Of a stretch of 64,000 bases of DNA, positions 39,412 to 48,816 are shown piece by piece. Position numbers and translations under genes: made by a program. A model generated the notes under the pieces. The model was not told where the DNA came from, made no database searches, and was given only the letters and a program-made list of their open reading frames with translations. Each line of letters begins with the position of its first letter. Position 1 is the first letter of the stretch. The DNA comes from Gemmatimonadaceae bacterium (lineage in GTDB: Bacteria > Gemmatimonadota > Gemmatimonadetes > Gemmatimonadales > Gemmatimonadaceae), in contig JBJMOW010000004.1 in assembly GCA_045803545.1 (NCBI GenBank), positions 704,001 through 768,000 on the forward strand, read 5' to 3'.

Positions 39412-40056
39412 ATGCAAACAGATATTCAGAAGAACGGCAGAAAAACGAAAGGGAAACGCAGCGAACGGTTGCCCGTGCGTGAGCGTATCCTCGTCGCCGC
39501 CGGCGATCTGTTTCATAAACAAGGCATCCGCGGGGTAGGCGTGGAGGCGATCGCGGAAGCGGCTGATACCAACAAGATGACGCTCTACCGTCACTTCGAC
39601 TCGAAGGACGAGCTCATCGCCGAGTGGGTGCGGGGAATGATCGCACACAAAGAGGATGAATGGAGCGATCTGACCGCCCATCACCACGGCGATCCACAGG
39701 GGCTGCTTCAGGACTGGAGTCGGCGGACCGCCGCCAAGCTCAAGGTCATGGAGGAGCGCGGCTCCGCGCTGGGGAACGCGCTCGCCGAGCTTCCTGACCC
39801 GGAGCATCCGGCGCGGCGTGTCATTCAGGAGTACAAGGCCCGAGAGCATAAGCGAGTCGTACGACTCTGCAAGGCCGCTGGTTTCCAGAATCCGGATCTC
39901 GCCGCCAATCTGTTCTGGATGCTGCTGGAAGGGGCGCACTCGTGTGTTCAGTGCGTCGGGATGCGCAAGTTCGGAGAGCATCTGGTGCAGCTCGTCGACC
40001 TGATGGTCGAAAACGCCAAGCAGCAAGAACGTGCTCCTTATCCGACTGCTCTCTGA
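39412..40056 (+). CDS. TetR/AcrR family regulator
   Basis: RERILVAAGDLF...GVEAIAEAA...KMTLYRHFDSKDEL. Confidence 0.93.
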   Translation: MQTDIQKNGRKTKGKRSERLPVRERILVAAGDLFHKQGIRGVGVEAIAEAADTNKMTLYRHFDSKDELIAEWVRGMIAHKEDEWSDLTAHHHGDPQGLLQDWSRRTAAKLKVMEERGSALGNALAELPDPEHPARRVIQEYKAREHKRVVRLCKAAGFQNPDLAANLFWMLLEGAHSCVQCVGMRKFGEHLVQLVDLMVENAKQQERAPYPTAL

Positions 40057-40195
40057 TCCATCTTTCGCTCGCCTCACAATAGATCGTCGTTCGGGCGCCC
40101 CCTGAATCGACATCGATTTGCAAGGATTTCTGACCCGCCGATCATTTGCGCCAAAAGGGCGATGAATTTTACGGCACCATTACAAGCGTTTTCTA

Positions 40196-40224
40196 TTGAC
40201 GGTCGCTGGCCCGGCCCATATCGT
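40196..40224 (+). promoter_or_regulatory. sigma70-type promoter for the Cys-rich leader
   Basis: TTGACG (40196-40201), 17 nt, TATCGT (40219-40224); ATG follows 6 nt later, consistent with a leaderless transcript. Confidence 0.7.
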
Positions 40225-40230
40225 CACCCA

Positions 40231-40329
40231 ATGACTTGTTTCCGCTTTGTCGTCTGCTGCTGCACCGCGGCGTGCGCGCCGGCCACCTGCGCGTGTCCGT
40301 GCTGCACCCGGTGTTGTGACGCGACATAG
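40231..40329 (+). CDS. Cys-rich leader peptide (putative cysteine attenuator peptide)
   Basis: MTCFRFVVCCCTAACAPATCACPCCTRCCDAT*; 11 Cys in 32 aa; below the ORF-track size cutoff. Confidence 0.8.
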   Translation: MTCFRFVVCCCTAACAPATCACPCCTRCCDAT

Positions 40330-40353
40330 CGGCTGACATCTGCTCTCGCGCAC

Positions 40354-40388
40354 GCCCCGGGCTCTCCAGGTCCGGGGTTTTTTGTTTT
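40354..40388 (+). terminator. Intrinsic terminator (attenuator) between the leader and the carbonic anhydrase gene
   Basis: GCCCCGGGCT-CTCCA-GGTCCGGGGT followed by TTTTTGTTTT; competing pairing 40307-40324 with 40346-40361. Confidence 0.85.
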
Positions 40389-40410
40389 ACCACTCTCCAA
40401 AGGACAGGTT

Positions 40411-41058
40411 ATGTCGAAAGTACTGGACGAAGTTCTCTCCGCGAACGCTGAGTACGTCAGCTCATTCGGATCGAAGGGCAACCTCGCTCTTCCACCCGCG
40501 CGTCGCTTCGCAATTCTCACCTGCATGGACGCCCGACTCGATCCCGCGAAGTACGCCGGACTCAGTGAGGGCGATGCACACGTAATTCGCAACGCCGGCG
40601 GCCGCGCCAGCGACGATGCCATCCGCTCATTGGTGATCTCCTACAAACTGCTCGGCACGCGCGAGTGGTTCGTCGTTCATCACACCAACTGCGGGATGGA
40701 ATTCTTTACCGATGAAGTGATACGGGGCCTTCTTTCGAACAGCCTCGAGACAGCAGAGCTCGGCGCCCAGGGTTTCCGCGATGTCGGCAAAGGACCGGGA
40801 TCAGCGGAAGCCCAGTTCATCGACTGGCTGACGATCAAGAACACGAGGCAGGCGGTGGTGGACGATGTCGCCCGGATTCGGCAGCACCCGCTCGTCCCGA
40901 AGAACATTCCGGTCTACGGCTACGTCTACGAGGTGAAGACCGGCAAGCTGGTAGAAGTCGAAGAGGCTACCCGCGCGGGTCGAGCCGAGGAGGCGCCGCG
41001 AGCGGTTCTAGCGGCTGACGTCAAGGTCCCGATTCAGGAGTCTGCGCTCAGTAACTGA
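40411..41058 (+). CDS. Beta-class carbonic anhydrase, clade D-like (COS-hydrolase-like)
   Basis: [18 protein letters not shown] and HHTNCGM Zn ligands; AAGGA SD. Confidence 0.92.
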   Translation: MSKVLDEVLSANAEYVSSFGSKGNLALPPARRFAILTCMDARLDPAKYAGLSEGDAHVIRNAGGRASDDAIRSLVISYKLLGTREWFVVHHTNCGMEFFTDEVIRGLLSNSLETAELGAQGFRDVGKGPGSAEAQFIDWLTIKNTRQAVVDDVARIRQHPLVPKNIPVYGYVYEVKTGKLVEVEEATRAGRAEEAPRAVLAADVKVPIQESALSN

Positions 41059-41089
41059 CGACGGCTCCAGGAAAATCGTCTTTAGGCTG

Positions 41090-41686
41090 ATGACAATTAC
41101 CCGCCCAATTGAGACGCATTCCCCTGAGCTGGAAGAGCGCTTCTTCGATCTTTCGATCGACCTGCTGTGCATGCTCGATTTTAACGGCTACTTCAAACGA
41201 CTGAGCCCCTCGTGGGAGCGTACGCTCGGCTTCACCCGCGAGGAGCTCATGTCGCGTCCATTCATCGAATTCGTTCATCCCGATGATCGCGAGCGCACCC
41301 TCAATCAGAACGCTGCCGTGAGACGAGGCGGCCAGGCCCTCGGCTTCGAGAATCGCTACCTACGTAACGACGGCTCGTTCCGCTGGTTCCGCTGGAATGC
41401 GACGTCTGATCCATCGTGGAGCGTTATCTACTCCGTCGCGCGCGACGTCACCGAGATCAAGCGGGCGGCGGAAGAACGCGAGCGCCTGGTTCACGAGCTA
41501 CGAACCGCGCTTGCCGAAGTGAAGACGCTGCAGGAGATACTGCCGATCTGTTCGTTCTGCAGAAAGGTGCGCGACGATGAGAATTACTGGGACACCGTCG
41601 AGAATTACGTGTCAGCGCATACGTCGACGTTGTTCAGCCACAGCATCTGTCCGACCTGCATGGAGATGCACTTCGAAGGTCAGTGA
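41090..41686 (+). CDS. PAS domain protein with coiled coil and C-terminal 4-Cys domain
   Basis: FIEFVHPDD, FENRY...DGS.RW, ARDVTE; LPICSFC...FSHSICPTC. Confidence 0.82.
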   Translation: MTITRPIETHSPELEERFFDLSIDLLCMLDFNGYFKRLSPSWERTLGFTREELMSRPFIEFVHPDDRERTLNQNAAVRRGGQALGFENRYLRNDGSFRWFRWNATSDPSWSVIYSVARDVTEIKRAAEERERLVHELRTALAEVKTLQEILPICSFCRKVRDDENYWDTVENYVSAHTSTLFSHSICPTCMEMHFEGQ

Positions 41687-41691
41687 GTCGC

Positions 41692-42735
41692 TCAGTGTTT
41701 GACGGCGATTAGCCACGACGCGATGATCGGCCCACGCGGTCCGCGCCGACCCGGCTGTGGCGGCGGGGCATTCGCCGGCGGCGGCCCAAACTCGGGCGTG
41801 AAGACATACGCCACGTGCGTCTTGTCGTTGACAGTGATCGTGCGGGCGCCCTGCATCGTCGGAACAGTCGCGAGGACGGTGTATTTGTCCGGCGAATCCT
41901 CGTGCACTACGGTGACATTCCCGCCGCGACCGTCGGGGATGTAGATCAGTTTCTGGGATTGGTCAAAGGCGAGTCCATCGACGCCTTCGCCATTCGGGAT
42001 TTGCGCCACAACCTTGCCCGTGCTTGCGTCGACGACCACCGACGTCTTGCCACAGCCGGAGAAAATGCGATTGGTCTCATGGTCCATTGCGATACCCGTC
42101 GGGCCATCGCACGGATCGATCTTCCAGGTGTCGACGACTTTCCACGTTTTGGTATCGATGACGTCGATTGCGTTCTTGTCTTCGATGTTGACGAAAATGC
42201 GACCCTTTCCGTCGCTTACTCCGCCCTCGGGTCCGTTGCCACTCAGCGTCACGCGACCGATCACATTGCCTGATTTCGCGTCGATCACGACAGCCGTGCC
42301 GGTGGGATGACTGTGGTTGAGCGAAAGCATCGTATTCGTCGGCGCGTCGTACATGAATCCGTCGAGACCGTCGACGCCTGCCGGAATCTTCCTGATCACC
42401 GCCAGAGTTTTGAGATCGAACATCGTCACCGACGAATCGCCACCGTTGGTCGTGAACCCGTGATTCTCGCTCGGCACCAACGCCGCTCCATGCACTCGCG
42501 GAGTGTTGAGAATGTCACCGACGACCTGACCGGTCGCGCCATCGACGACCATGATGTGCGTGCCGCGCGAAACGAACACCCGATTGGTGGCGGTATCGAC
42601 CGACAGGTAATCGAAGAACCCGTCGCCGCCGATGCTCATTTTCTGGGCGGTGAAGGTCTGGGCGCCAAGGTGGGTCGCTGCAAATGTGGTGATCAGCGCG
42701 ATTGCGAGTCGCGCGATTGTTGCCGGGCGGATCAT
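41692..42735 (-). CDS. YncE/YVTN-type beta-propeller secreted protein
   Basis: Signal peptide; DYLSVD...RVFVSRG, VHGAAL...GFTTNG, GARTI. Confidence 0.85.
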   Translation of the reverse strand: MIRPATIARLAIALITTFAATHLGAQTFTAQKMSIGGDGFFDYLSVDTATNRVFVSRGTHIMVVDGATGQVVGDILNTPRVHGAALVPSENHGFTTNGGDSSVTMFDLKTLAVIRKIPAGVDGLDGFMYDAPTNTMLSLNHSHPTGTAVVIDAKSGNVIGRVTLSGNGPEGGVSDGKGRIFVNIEDKNAIDVIDTKTWKVVDTWKIDPCDGPTGIAMDHETNRIFSGCGKTSVVVDASTGKVVAQIPNGEGVDGLAFDQSQKLIYIPDGRGGNVTVVHEDSPDKYTVLATVPTMQGARTITVNDKTHVAYVFTPEFGPPPANAPPPQPGRRGPRGPIIASWLIAVKH

Positions 42736-42844
42736 CAATGCCTCTAAGGTCGGGTGGAGTAAAATGAAGGTGACGGGTGTGCGAAATGAATGCAACTCTT
42801 TAAGATCCCCAGGCACCTGATTTCCCATCTTACGGAGAGCTGAC

Positions 42845-43330
42845 ATGGCTAATCCAGCCAAGAACACCATTTGCCTTTGGTACGATCGTGGCGCCGAGGA
42901 AGCGGCGCGGTTCTACGCCAAGACCTTTCCCGATTCGTCGGTCGGCGCCTTGCATCGCGCGCCGGGAGACAATCCCTCCGGAAAAGAGGGGGATGTGTTG
43001 ACCGTGGACTTTACGGTAATGGGCATCCCCTGCATCGGCCTGAACGGCGGACCAATGTTCAAGCACAGCGAAGCCTTCTCGTTTCAGGTGGCAACCAAGG
43101 ATCAGGAGGAGACCGATCGCTATTGGAACGCGATCGTCAACAACGGTGGCCAGGAAAGCATGTGCGGGTGGTGCAAGGACAAGTGGGGAGTGTCGTGGCA
43201 GATCACGCCGATCGCGCTCACGAAAGCGTTCACCGGCTCGGATCGCGCCGCCGCCAAGCGCGCGTTCGATGCGATGATGCAGATGAAAAAGATCGACATC
43301 GCCAAAATCGAAGCGGCGCGCCGCGGTTGA
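42845..43330 (+). CDS. VOC family protein (3-demethylubiquinone-9 3-methyltransferase-like/PhnB)
   Basis: ICLWYD, LNGGP.F, CGWCKDKWGVSWQI. Confidence 0.9.
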   Translation: MANPAKNTICLWYDRGAEEAARFYAKTFPDSSVGALHRAPGDNPSGKEGDVLTVDFTVMGIPCIGLNGGPMFKHSEAFSFQVATKDQEETDRYWNAIVNNGGQESMCGWCKDKWGVSWQITPIALTKAFTGSDRAAAKRAFDAMMQMKKIDIAKIEAARRG

Positions 43331-43339
43331 AGCCTGTCG

Positions 43340-44029
43340 ATGCGACCGCGCGTGATCTGCCATATGGCGACGTCGATCGACGGACGGATTGTCGCCGACG
43401 GCTGGCCTGAAGCTGCTGCTGTGCGCCGAGAGTATGAAACTGTTCACAACAGCTATGGAGCGGACGCATGGATGTGCGGCCGCATCACCATGGAGCCGTT
43501 CGCCGGCGCGCTTCGTTCGGACGAGGAGATAAAGCGTGAGTATGCCGGTCCGCCACGCGAGGATCACATCGCGTCGAATGGGCATGATTCGTTCGCGGTG
43601 GCGATCGATCCGAGCGGTCGGCTGGCGTGGAAGAAGAACGACATCGAGGGCGATCACGTGATCGCCGTGCTCTCCGAGCGCGCGTCGGAGGAGTATCTCG
43701 CTTTTCTGCGTGACCGTGGAGTGTCGTACATCCTTGTCGGCAAGCGCGAAGTGGATCTCGCGGCTGCCCTCGAGAAACTCGCCGCGGGCTTTGGTATTCG
43801 CACGCTTATGCTCGAAGGGGGCGGCCACATCAATGGCGGAATGCTTGCCGCGGGTCTCATCGACGAATTGAGCGTGCTTGTTTCGCCGGTGGCCGATGGG
43901 CGCACCGGCACGCCAGCGCTCTTCGATGTTGATGCTGATCAGATCACACCGCACCGCCTGGCGCTCGATGCGGTGGAACGGAGATCAAACAACATCGTTT
44001 GGTTAAGGTATCGGGTCGAAGCAGAATAA
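43340..44029 (+). CDS. RibD C-terminal/dihydrofolate reductase family protein
   Basis: HMATSIDGRI, LMLEGGG.ING, GLIDELS. Confidence 0.88.
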   Translation: MRPRVICHMATSIDGRIVADGWPEAAAVRREYETVHNSYGADAWMCGRITMEPFAGALRSDEEIKREYAGPPREDHIASNGHDSFAVAIDPSGRLAWKKNDIEGDHVIAVLSERASEEYLAFLRDRGVSYILVGKREVDLAAALEKLAAGFGIRTLMLEGGGHINGGMLAAGLIDELSVLVSPVADGRTGTPALFDVDADQITPHRLALDAVERRSNNIVWLRYRVEAE

Positions 44030-44070
44030 TTCTCTACCAGACCCGGTCGGCACCCGTCAACCTGAAAATG

Positions 44071-47000
44071 TCACTGCGTGGCCACCCACCACATTCGCTG
44101 CAGCGGCTTGTCGCGCGGAGCTATCTCTCTCAATGTGTTCGCGTCGTACAGTCGGCCGTTCTTCATTACATAACGCAGACTGTTCGTGTTCCGGATGTTG
44201 TCCAGCGGGTTTCGGTCGAGGACCTGAAGGTCGGCAAGCTTTCCGGGCTCGAGTGATCCGAGATCTTTTTCGATGCCGATTGCCTCAGCGCCGAAGATGG
44301 TGCCGACCCGCAACACGTCGTGCGCCGGCATTCCACCACTCGCGATGTTCCAGAGCTCCCAGTGAGATCCCAGTCCTTGTAGCTGGCCGTGACCGCCGAG
44401 TCCGACTCTGCCGCCGGCGGCGACGAGCTTCGCACTCTGCGCCGCGATCTGGCTGAAGCTGTACTCGCTGTCGGCGAACCAACCCGGTCGGCGTAGCGCC
44501 CGCTCATCCAGCTCCGAGTGCGGCGTGAAACGCGCCAGCTTGGTGTCCGCATGAATGTCGTAATGCTCGTACCAATAATTCTCGGCCCAGGGACCGCCGT
44601 ACTCGACGATGAGCGTCGGCGTATTGGTGATACCACTCTTTGCCACAACCGTTATCACGTCCTGAAAGAGCGGAGTGATCGGGTAAGCGTGCTCGCTGCC
44701 ACCGTAGCCGTCGATTGCCTCCGTGAGATTCTTCTTGAAATCGAGACCACCCTCCAGAGTTGGCGTGATGTGCTGCTCGCGTGCCGCCATCAGAATCCAC
44801 TGCCGCTGCATTCGCTGCCCGACCATGTATTGCTTGAGGGTGTGCGTCTGGTAGAAGTCGGAGTAGCGCGTCAGGACTTCGCGTGCATCATCGAGACTTG
44901 AAATCTCATCGGACCAGAACACGCCCGGCCCAGTACTGAAGATTCTCGGCCCGATCATGTCTCCGGTCTCGACGAGATCGCCGTACGTCAGAACGTCCGT
45001 CGTGCTCGTCTGCGGGTCGCGCGTCGTCGTCACACCATAGGCGAGGTTGACGAGATACTCGTAGACCTGCGTCTTGTGGATCCCCCACGTCGGCCACATG
45101 TGGGAGTGAATGTCGATGAAGCCGGGAATGATCGTTGTTCCGCTTACATCGATGGACTTCGCTCCCGCCGGGATTGCGACGCTTCCGCTTGGTCCGATCG
45201 CGGTGATGCGATTGTTCGTCACGACGATGTCGCCGTTGTCGATGATCTCGTTGCCCTTCATCGTGATGATGCGCGCGCCGTGCAGCGCGATCACTCCCGA
45301 TGGACGATCCTTGAGAGCAGTGATCGACACGTCCATGCGTGTCGCGGCATAGGCCGGCTTGGGCTTCGCACTGGTGTCTGGTTTCGCGTTCGCCTTGGTC
45401 AGACTGTCGGCCCGTCGTGTCGAATCGGCGATAGCTTTATCCGCCGCCGCGAGATCATAAGTGAAAAACGATCGGCCGAGTGACCAGTACGCTGTCTGGC
45501 CATCGCCCTTCCAGCCGAGGAAATCACCGCCGACGCGCGTTAGCCTCCGTATCGGAACCGGAGCTGCCTCGGCGTTGGAGATCGAGATCGTCGGCGTGAC
45601 GCCACCGGTCACCGGCACCGCGACCAGATAGACCTTGTTGTCGACCTGGACGAGTGCCTGATCGCCGTCAGGATTGAGAATCACTTCGTCTGCCGGATTG
45701 GGCCGCGGCGGATCGTTGAGGTTCTCCATGTAGCCGGTGATCTTCACGTGCGCGCGTCGGTCCGTGCCGTCCCAGCGCATGGAGACTACTCCATCGACAG
45801 GGTCGTAAATGAAAACCCGGGCGGTATCGTGCGTGAAATGCGGACGGCCGTAATAATTGAGCGGCGCAATCTGAGTGACATCACCACCGTTCGCGGGCAG
45901 CCAAACGAGCTCCTGCACGCGCGGCCCTGGCCCGTCGAACTCGTTGCTCTTCTCGATGCGCTGTTCTCGCGGGCCTCGCACGACGACGAGTCGCCGGCCA
46001 GTCGGATCGTAGTTCAGATCTTCATAGAACGCACTCTGCCGTGTCAGTCGCTCCGGCTGCCGGCCGTTCCTGTCGACCGCTACGCGCCACACATCGCCGC
46101 CTTCTTCAGACCATGTTACGTACGCGACGTACTTGCCGTCGGGACTCCACACCGGTGAGTGTTCTCCCAGAGTGCTCGTCGTGAGTCGACGCGGACGCCC
46201 GTTTGGCAGATCCATCAGCCACAGCTTGTCCAACGCAGTGAACGTCAGCTGCTTGCCGTTCGGCGACGGCCGCGCGTTTCGAATCTGCTTGACCGTAAGC
46301 ACCGAGTCGTCGATCGGATAATCGAACTTTACCAGCGGTCCGAGGTCGACCTGGACATCCGCCGAGAATGGGATTGGTGTCGCGCTTCCGCCCGGAACAT
46401 CGAGCTTCCACAGCTTTCCGCCGTTGGTGATGACGATTGCTTTCGAGTCGGGCGTCCAGGCATAGCCCGGAAGCAGATCGCGCGTGAAGCGTGATTCCGA
46501 GTCGTCGCGTTGAATGTCGCGTGCCACCCATACTTCGTCGCCCGAAGCCAGATTGCGCAGCCGCAAGGCGGTCTTGCTGTCCAACCGGCTACCATAGGCC
46601 AGCCACTTTCCGTCTGGACTCACCGCGGGTCGCATCGCGCCGCCGACGCTGGTGGTGCGCTGATAGGTCTTTCCCGTGCTGCGGTCGTAGACGCCAAGCT
46701 GCCATCGATCACTCAGCATCTGGTTGTACCTGAAACCGCCCTGCTTGATCGCAGCGTAGATGTAGCGGTTGTCGGGCGCGGCCGACGCGCCGAGGTAGTT
46801 GTCGAACGACGGTGGATTGAGCGGATCGGGTGGCCCTGACGGTGCGCCGGTACCTTTGCCGGTAATCGCTATGCCCGTTCCACCATTCTTGTTGACCAGG
46901 ACGAGGTCATACTTGCTACCGAGTATGCCCTGCTTGTTGCGGGATACGACGATGTATTTGCCGTCGTGCGTCCATGCCGGCGAGATGTACTGCGCATCCT

Positions 47001-47436
47001 TGTCCTTGGTGATCGCGCGCACATTGGCGCCGCTCGGCTCGACCAGCCACAGGTTCTCGTAGCCGCTGCGATCGCTGACGAAGACGATGCTTCTTCCGTC
47101 GGGCGAGAATCTCGGCTGGCCGTCGAATCCCATCCCGCTGGTGATGCGCGTCGCTTTGCCGCCGCTGATCGGAACAGTGTAAAGATCGCCAACGAGATCG
47201 AAGACGATCGTTTTGCCGTCGGGCGAAACATCGAGCGACATCCAGGTGCCTTCCTCAGTAGTAAACGACGCCTGGCGTGCTGGCAGAATCGGAAGGTCGG
47301 AGTTGGGCGCGGTCTTCCGAGTGGTGTCGCTGGTCTTCTTTGCGGTGTCAGCCGGTTTGTCCTGTGCGGCTGCCATGACGGGTACAACGCAAAGAGCGAT
47401 CGCTACGGAGACGAGACGAACAGTCGGCCAAGGCAT
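44071..47436 (-). CDS. Secreted PD40-propeller + amidohydrolase fusion protein
   Basis: SPDG repeats; IPGFIDIHSH, GVTTTRDP, EH, GKLADL. Confidence 0.9.
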   Translation of the reverse strand: MPWPTVRLVSVAIALCVVPVMAAAQDKPADTAKKTSDTTRKTAPNSDLPILPARQASFTTEEGTWMSLDVSPDGKTIVFDLVGDLYTVPISGGKATRITSGMGFDGQPRFSPDGRSIVFVSDRSGYENLWLVEPSGANVRAITKDKDAQYISPAWTHDGKYIVVSRNKQGILGSKYDLVLVNKNGGTGIAITGKGTGAPSGPPDPLNPPSFDNYLGASAAPDNRYIYAAIKQGGFRYNQMLSDRWQLGVYDRSTGKTYQRTTSVGGAMRPAVSPDGKWLAYGSRLDSKTALRLRNLASGDEVWVARDIQRDDSESRFTRDLLPGYAWTPDSKAIVITNGGKLWKLDVPGGSATPIPFSADVQVDLGPLVKFDYPIDDSVLTVKQIRNARPSPNGKQLTFTALDKLWLMDLPNGRPRRLTTSTLGEHSPVWSPDGKYVAYVTWSEEGGDVWRVAVDRNGRQPERLTRQSAFYEDLNYDPTGRRLVVVRGPREQRIEKSNEFDGPGPRVQELVWLPANGGDVTQIAPLNYYGRPHFTHDTARVFIYDPVDGVVSMRWDGTDRRAHVKITGYMENLNDPPRPNPADEVILNPDGDQALVQVDNKVYLVAVPVTGGVTPTISISNAEAAPVPIRRLTRVGGDFLGWKGDGQTAYWSLGRSFFTYDLAAADKAIADSTRRADSLTKANAKPDTSAKPKPAYAATRMDVSITALKDRPSGVIALHGARIITMKGNEIIDNGDIVVTNNRITAIGPSGSVAIPAGAKSIDVSGTTIIPGFIDIHSHMWPTWGIHKTQVYEYLVNLAYGVTTTRDPQTSTTDVLTYGDLVETGDMIGPRIFSTGPGVFWSDEISSLDDAREVLTRYSDFYQTHTLKQYMVGQRMQRQWILMAAREQHITPTLEGGLDFKKNLTEAIDGYGGSEHAYPITPLFQDVITVVAKSGITNTPTLIVEYGGPWAENYWYEHYDIHADTKLARFTPHSELDERALRRPGWFADSEYSFSQIAAQSAKLVAAGGRVGLGGHGQLQGLGSHWELWNIASGGMPAHDVLRVGTIFGAEAIGIEKDLGSLEPGKLADLQVLDRNPLDNIRNTNSLRYVMKNGRLYDANTLREIAPRDKPLQRMWWVATQ

Positions 47437-47583
47437 ACCGCGATTCCGTGGGAGGGGGATCTAACGTTGCACGTGATTGGGTCGACGGCAAGATCCCGTG
47501 CTCTAGATGTTCAAGGCGCCACCGCCAGATTGACACTCTTCAAGGCGTGCTGCAGGTTCTTTTCACAAGGCCGCGAACCAATA

Positions 47584-48441
47584 ATGATCGCAGCGCGCAC
47601 AATGCTGACTACCGCGGTCATCCTGCTCGGAGCCTGCGGGCGAACACAACCGGTATCGAGGACTAAAGATTCGTCCGTTGCTCACACGGATGCCGGCACC
47701 GCTTTGGTTAGCCGCGTCACGCAGGGAAGCTTCGCGTTCGCCAATTCCGACGGCACTCAATTGCTGGCGCTGGATTCCCTGGCGGATCCGTCGACGATTC
47801 TGGGTGCCGTCTGCTCTGGAGGTGTTGCTGTCACCGCCCGATACGACCATCGCGCTACTCGCCAGTCGGGTGGCAACGGCAGGCAGGTCGCAGCGAATTT
47901 CGCCAATGAGCAAGGCGACGTATTTCGTGTGAGCGGAAGCAAAGCTACCTCCGACCAGACCTGCTACCTCTCGGCCGACTCGCTGCTTATGGCCAGTGCG
48001 CGCGGGGCGACAATGCAGAAACCCGCGGATTGTGCGACAGAGCAAGTGTCCCGCATTGCGGCGGCCAAGAGTCGCCAGGTTATTCATTGCTGGGACATCG
48101 CCAGCGCACCGACTCATGTCGAGGTCCTGGCAGTTCAATTCGCCGACATCGATTCCGCTGCGCTCGCCAGTCTCGTGGTGTTCAGCGGCAGTTCCCTGTG
48201 GTTCGACGATTTCCCCGCCGTTCATCGCGCCGGCGATGAGAGTGTGTGGCGTGTGGATGACGAAGGTGTGTTCTCTCCCACCAGCTTCGATGTCCTGTTC
48301 GTCGCTGAGTCACCCGATGGCCTGGTGATCGCGATTACCTGGGCAGGCGCCGAAGGGGAGGACTCGTATCTTCTGCGCACCGACTCCGCAGCTAGCCTGC
48401 GCACATTGAGCAAAGCCTATCGTTACTGGTCGCCCACGTAG
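47584..48441 (+). CDS. Hypothetical lipoprotein
   Basis: Lipobox LGAC; WRVDDEG and W.GAEG motifs; start moved to ATG 47584. Confidence 0.65.
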   Translation: MIAARTMLTTAVILLGACGRTQPVSRTKDSSVAHTDAGTALVSRVTQGSFAFANSDGTQLLALDSLADPSTILGAVCSGGVAVTARYDHRATRQSGGNGRQVAANFANEQGDVFRVSGSKATSDQTCYLSADSLLMASARGATMQKPADCATEQVSRIAAAKSRQVIHCWDIASAPTHVEVLAVQFADIDSAALASLVVFSGSSLWFDDFPAVHRAGDESVWRVDDEGVFSPTSFDVLFVAESPDGLVIAITWAGAEGEDSYLLRTDSAASLRTLSKAYRYWSPT

Positions 48442-48562
48442 ACCCAATGAGGTATGTGGCTAAGAATTGGCTGCAGGTTGTTGGTCAGCGCATAGGCCAG
48501 GGCTTTGCAGCATAATGTCGTACGGCTGTAAAACGTGGCCGATTACAATCACCGGAGCATCA

Positions 48563-48814
48563 ATGACCGAAAGGAACAACGACAACCGCAACAAGAGCGG
48601 CGCGGCAGACGACTCAGAGGAAAGCTTGGAGAAGGAACTGTCGCGCGAGGCGAAGGAAGGCGCAGACTCACTCGGCGACGTCGGGTCGAACCGAACGCTG
48701 AGCGGATCCTCATCCTGGGAAACGTTGCCCGACGAGAGTTCCGATGGCGGCAATGCGAAATCGGGAGACAAACCCAGCCAGTCGCCGTCGAGCCCGCGAA
48801 AAGAGTCGCGCTAG
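48563..48814 (+). CDS. Small acidic, probably disordered protein
   Basis: GGAG SD before ATG 48563; S/E/D-rich 83 aa. Confidence 0.5.
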   Translation: MTERNNDNRNKSGAADDSEESLEKELSREAKEGADSLGDVGSNRTLSGSSSWETLPDESSDGGNAKSGDKPSQSPSSPRKESR

Positions 48815-48816
48815 GA

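Noticed and set aside
40231..40329. Metallothionein or RiPP precursor reading of the Cys-rich ORF
   Set aside because: No modifying enzymes or metal regulator are adjacent, and the antiterminator/terminator geometry fits attenuation better. Disfavoured, not excluded.
40411..41058. Calling the beta-CA a CS2 hydrolase
   Set aside because: It has KLLGT where CS2 hydrolases have the FF motif; only a general clade-D-like call is supported.
46966..47583. N-terminal 206 aa of the 491-aa ORF
   Set aside because: It overlaps the amidohydrolase gene antisense; the lipobox indicates a start at 47584.
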